DNA of 60,861 nucleotides from the IMG/VR virus record IMGVR_UViG_3300042881_004014. One strand, written 5' to 3'. The position numbers were made by a program, and so were the translations under genes. This document shows positions 57,972-60,861 of this stretch, one piece after another. The notes below the pieces were generated by a model. That model was not told the DNA's origin, searched no databases, and worked only from the letters and a program-made list of their open reading frames with translations. The DNA comes from an uncultured virus (IMG/VR IMGVR_UViG_3300042881_004014). Lineage: Duplodnaviria; Heunggongvirae; Uroviricota; Caudoviricetes. How positions within the stretch are numbered: the first letter of the stretch is position 1; each line of letters starts with the position of its first letter.

Positions 57972-58153
57972 AAAGAAGTATAACCAGAATTTTGTGTAAA
58001 CCTATCATTTGTCTTTTTGCCCCAACCTTGTCCGAATTGCTCACCTTCATAGACTATTTTGGGTTGCATCCTCAGTAGTAAAACGAATTTCTTCTCCTAC
58101 TTTAAGCAATGATGTTCTGAGTTTCCTCTCCGTAGAGCGATAGGAACTTCTTT
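57972..58153 (-). ncRNA. rnpB: Minimal RNase P RNA (catalytic domain only)
   Basis: P1 AAAGAAGU/ACUUCUUU, P2 CCUAUC/GAUAGG, CR-I GAGGAAACUCAGAAC, CR-IV AGACAAAU, CR-V ACAAAAUUCUGGUUAU, P5 CAUC/GAUG+CAA, L15 GGU. Confidence 0.85.
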
Positions 58154-58154
58154 G

Positions 58155-58242
58155 CGGAGAGTATAGGATTCGAACCTATGGAACCCTTACGAGTTCAACA
58201 CCTTAGCAGGGTGCCGCTTTAAACCAACTCAGCCAACTATCC
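58155..58242 (-). tRNA. tRNA-Ser(GCT)
   Basis: CT-GCT-AA, long variable arm. Confidence 0.92.
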
Positions 58243-58247
58243 AATTG

Positions 58248-58321
58248 TTGGTAATATAGGAATCGAACCTATAACCTTTCGCGTATCAGGCGAATGCTCT
58301 AACCAATTGAGCTAATTACCA
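58248..58321 (-). tRNA. tRNA-Ile(GAT)
   Basis: TTCGC-CT-GAT-AC-GCGAA. Confidence 0.92.
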
Positions 58322-58399
58322 ATAAGTTGCAGGATATCGCTTAACCTGCGGTGTTGATATCATTACACACCTTTGATGTTACCACCAGCGATTTTTTTG

Positions 58400-58483
58400 T
58401 GGGAGCAGAAGGATTCGAACCTACTACCTATGCGGGTTACCAGATTTACAGTCTGGCGCCTAACCAATTCGTGCGTTACTCCC
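58400..58483 (-). tRNA. tRNA-Tyr(GTA)
   Basis: CCAGA-CT-GTA-AA-TCTGG, variable arm. Confidence 0.88.
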
Positions 58484-58589
58484 AATGGCGTTCCATATTA
58501 CTCACATCTGATAACCATATTGGGTTACCCACTTAATCTTACAACAGCTTTAAACTGAGAGATTGTAAGAATGTGTATGGAACATTTTG

Positions 58590-58663
58590 TAGAAGATATA
58601 GGATTCGAACCTATGACCCTTTGGATGTAAACCAAATGCTCTAACCAACTGAGCTAATCTTCT
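58590..58663 (-). tRNA. tRNA-Val(TAC)
   Basis: TTTGG-TT-TAC-AT-CCAAA. Confidence 0.92.
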
Positions 58664-58668
58664 ATTTG

Positions 58669-58744
58669 TCTAGATGGTAGGATTCGAACCTACGTGCTCT
58701 CGCGTCCAAGGCGAGCGAGAAAAACCTGACTCCTCTACATCTAG
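58669..58744 (-). tRNA. tRNA-Pro(TGG)
   Basis: C1:G72, CT-TGG-AC. Confidence 0.9.
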
Positions 58745-58750
58745 TTATTG

Positions 58751-58821
58751 TTATCCCTCGAGGACTCGAACCTCGACTGCCTGAATCAAAGTCAGGTGTC
58801 CTGCCATTAGACCAAAGGATA
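58751..58821 (-). tRNA. tRNA-Gln(TTG)
   Basis: U1:A72, CT-TTG-AT. Confidence 0.92.
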
Positions 58822-58858
58822 ATTTGTGTTACCAATATTTCAAAGAACTATACTTTTG

Positions 58859-58930
58859 CGGGGAGGGAGAATTTCGAAATCTCGACCTGATGATTAACAG
58901 TCATCTGCTCTTCCTCTGAGCTACCACCCC
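58859..58930 (-). tRNA. tRNA-Asn(GTT)
   Basis: GATGA-CT-GTT-AA-TCATC, G73. Confidence 0.9.
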
Positions 58931-58938
58931 AATAAATT

Positions 58939-58975
58939 AAAAAACCCCTAACTAAATTTTCATCAGTTAGGGGTT
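58939..58975 (-). terminator. Intrinsic terminator (attenuator) immediately upstream of tRNA array
   Basis: AACCCCUAACU...AGUUAGGGGUU stem followed by U-tract, 8 nt before tRNA-Asn. Confidence 0.85.
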
Positions 58976-59009
58976 CTTAAATACTTTACTATTTAATCTC
59001 TACATTATA

Positions 59010-59135
59010 TCATTCAAATATAATATCCCCTAACTTTGTATACGGTAATCTATTATCCGATTTGCGAATCGCACAATTACCAACCCAACTAAACGTTGAT
59101 TGATTAAGGCCCATATGTTGTATTAGAGTTTTCAT
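59010..59135 (-). CDS. Putative attenuator leader peptide (41 aa, all 20 amino acids)
   Basis: MKTLIQHMGLNQSTFSWVGNCAIRKSDNRLPYTKLGDIIFE*; contains antiterminator strand AGUUAGGGG (59027-59035). Confidence 0.75.
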   Translation of the reverse strand: MKTLIQHMGLNQSTFSWVGNCAIRKSDNRLPYTKLGDIIFE

Positions 59136-59185
59136 TTTTATGAATGTTATATGTTTATATATATTGTGTTTTTTATTTAACGTTG

Positions 59186-59217
59186 TAAATATACGAATAA
59201 TATTTGAATTAAACAAG
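59186..59217 (-). promoter_or_regulatory. Promoter for leader peptide and tRNA array
   Basis: CTTG-N20-TATATTTA. Confidence 0.65.
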
Positions 59218-59242
59218 CTTTTTTTTATTTTTTTTTATTTTT

Positions 59243-59578
59243 CTACAAAACTTCGGTTAAAATTCTCCATTCTTTTAGCGTATTACCATCAAATGTAACC
59301 TCTACTGGTTTATTTTTGAGTTTATCTACACTATCTACTTTAGCTTCTTTTAAGAGTTTAGAAACGTATCTCATTGTTTCATCATATGATTTACTTCTGT
59401 CCTCTTCAGTCCATTTAGTATGTTCAGTACATTTGATTTGTTCAGAATCCCAATTTCCTTTGAAATCACCAACTCCCCAACCACCATCACCCAATGTGAA
59501 ACTGATACCTAACATACATCCCTGATATCCACCAAGTCCAAATGAAACTGCTTCTATTTTTCCTAGTCTCTTTTCCAT
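59243..59578 (-). CDS. Conserved phage hypothetical protein
   Basis: 111-aa ORF between two identical 35-bp promoter segments. Confidence 0.7.
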   Translation of the reverse strand: MEKRLGKIEAVSFGLGGYQGCMLGISFTLGDGGWGVGDFKGNWDSEQIKCTEHTKWTEEDRSKSYDETMRYVSKLLKEAKVDSVDKLKNKPVEVTFDGNTLKEWRILTEVL

Positions 59579-59629
59579 AACTTATTTTATTTATACAAAT
59601 ATACGAATAATATTTGAATTAAACAAGCT

Positions 59630-60229
59630 TTATTTAATATTAATATTCCAACTGATTGAAATACGTGGTACTTCGGTTGAAGTGTACTCTAAAGTCCCAT
59701 GCATTAACCACGATGGGAAAGATATAAGTAAACCTTCTTTTGGTTGGATATGTAATTGAGGTGCCAACTCCTGATTTGTATTATTTGGTAATAACTTAAC
59801 CAATGTGTTTATCGGTGAATCTATAACAAACTCACCACCTTTATCATTTTCCAAATCAACATACAATACGGCTGAGAACCCATTCGATGGTTGCCCAGCT
59901 CCCAAATGGTCATGCATCTCTTGATAACATCCCTTAGTTCCAATCGTCATCCAACAATCATCTACTGAAAATTTGGTTGTAGTAAATTCACCATCTACTA
60001 AATACTGAGATGTGTGATGTAATATCAAATCCTGCAAATAATCAGGGTAGAACTTCCGTTCAACTTCACAAAATATGTTTGTTCTCGTATTACACTTCCA
60101 TTGGTTTGTATTAAACAAATCATCATTTTCCTTTATGTACTTATACACATCTGCTTTCAATCGATGATGTAATTCCGCATCAATTCTGTCAAAGTATATT
60201 GGTGTTGGGAATAGGTTTTGTATTGGCAT
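59630..60229 (-). CDS. 2OG-Fe(II) oxygenase (TIGR02466-like)
   Basis: LFPTPI, HDH, SAVLY, FPSWLMH, RISISWN. Confidence 0.85.
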   Translation of the reverse strand: MPIQNLFPTPIYFDRIDAELHHRLKADVYKYIKENDDLFNTNQWKCNTRTNIFCEVERKFYPDYLQDLILHHTSQYLVDGEFTTTKFSVDDCWMTIGTKGCYQEMHDHLGAGQPSNGFSAVLYVDLENDKGGEFVIDSPINTLVKLLPNNTNQELAPQLHIQPKEGLLISFPSWLMHGTLEYTSTEVPRISISWNINIK

Positions 60230-60279
60230 AACTTATTTTATTTATACAAATATACAAAAATTAATTCACATATCCAAAT

Positions 60280-60313
60280 AAAAAACCCAACTTTTTTTAG
60301 GAGTTGGGTTTTT
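60280..60313. terminator. Intrinsic terminator
   Basis: AAAAACCCAAC/GTTGGGTTTTT. Confidence 0.7.
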
Positions 60314-60330
60314 AAAAATGATTTGATAAT

Positions 60331-60615
60331 TTATTTTGTTTTTAATTCATTTATTGCATCTTCAACATACTTATCTCTTTGTTGTTGTAGATATTCAATT
60401 CGGTCTAATAGAATTTGTTTATCTTCTTTATCAGTTTGTTGGATATATGTTTTTTGCTCTTCGTATAGTTTTTGCCAATATGCAACCCTCTCTTCCATCA
60501 TTCTACCTTGATACCATATAATTCCTATCATAAGTACAATAGTAAATGATTGCTCTTTTAACTTAGAAAAGAATGTATCTGTAAATCCAGATATTGGACT
60601 GGTTGATTCTTTCAT
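60331..60615 (-). CDS. Single-TM coiled-coil protein
   Basis: TM segment followed by coiled coil. Confidence 0.6.
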   Translation of the reverse strand: MKESTSPISGFTDTFFSKLKEQSFTIVLMIGIIWYQGRMMEERVAYWQKLYEEQKTYIQQTDKEDKQILLDRIEYLQQQRDKYVEDAINELKTK

Positions 60616-60626
60616 ATTATATAGTT

Positions 60627-60861
60627 TTATTTATACACAATGTAAGTGTTTGTGTCTTTACCATTAAATGGTTGATTTATTGGATAATATATAAAACCAC
60701 CTTCATTAACAAATGGTAGGTACATTGAGTTTAATGTATTAATTATATCATCATTTATTTTTCGCCACCAAATATCCATTACTACAATATCATACATTTT
60801 TGTAGGTTGGAATGTATATATATCACCCTCTATAATATTATCATTTGAACCCAATGCATCC
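60627..60861 (-). CDS. C-terminal part of SAM-dependent methyltransferase-like protein (5'-truncated)
   Basis: IIEGDIY, YDIVVMDIW, NEGG. Confidence 0.6.
   Translation of the reverse strand, partial: DALGSNDNIIEGDIYTFQPTKMYDIVVMDIWWRKINDDIINTLNSMYLPFVNEGGFIYYPINQPFNGKDTNTYIVYK

Noticed and set aside
52957..58558. Small ORFs inside the RNA island (53407-53652, 56452-56664, 55662-55871, 58351-58558 and others)
   Set aside because: Overlap tRNA, tmRNA or GOLLD-like sequence
52771..58930. Theta (HDV-like) ribozymes at tRNA 3' ends
   Set aside because: Checked 3' trailers by eye and found no nested double pseudoknot starting at a tRNA end; a motif search would be needed to exclude them fully
59136..59216. 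Longer 68-aa version of the leader ORF
   Set aside because: The upstream TTG start lies within the promoter; ATG at 59135 has the A-rich start context
1480..60521. Most plus-strand ORFs in the track (e.g. 5434-5790, 22855-23244, 37800-38243, 46544-47191)
   Set aside because: Antisense shadows of well-supported minus-strand genes, with Ser/Ile/Phe-biased composition
1..60861. Stop-codon reassignment as in some large Bacteroidota phages
   Set aside because: Known enzymes are full length in the standard code, TAG and TGA end several tightly packed genes, and no CTA or TCA suppressor tRNA was found
1..60861. CRISPR array, rRNA, integrase/transposase, reverse transcriptase
   Set aside because: No regularly spaced repeat-spacer units and no recognisable motifs seen

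Overview
This is a 60.9-kb fragment of an AT-rich, large ('jumbo'-type) dsDNA phage with T4-like features: a baseplate gp5-like gene, a gp55-like sigma factor, phoH and Hsp20. Most genes are on the minus strand in the standard genetic code. Many TTTG-N19-20-TAnnTTTG promoters point to a Bacteroidota host (inference). Layout: structural, late and nucleotide-metabolism genes (1-21 kb); small early-type genes flanked by two odd non-coding regions, one with DnaA-box-like repeats (21-31 kb); accessory metabolism, including hemA, an IMPDH/GMPR enzyme and an aldolase-KdsB/HAD/GT29 cassette (31-46 kb); an RNA repair and CCA-adding module (46.5-49.6 kb); and an RNA island (52.8-59.1 kb). The island holds 25 tRNAs covering all 20 amino acids, a tmRNA, a GOLLD-like RNA and several unexplained structured RNAs. 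Three observations stand out. (1) A 41-codon leader peptide that samples every tRNA decoding class is coupled to a terminator/antiterminator directly upstream of the tRNA array, a candidate sensor that switches on phage tRNAs when host tRNAs are depleted. (2) A 182-nt RNase P RNA lacks almost all of the specificity domain. (3) Two covarying tRNA-Gly(ACC)-like RNAs with non-canonical D and T loops sit behind an early promoter. All calls were made by eye; no database searches were run.
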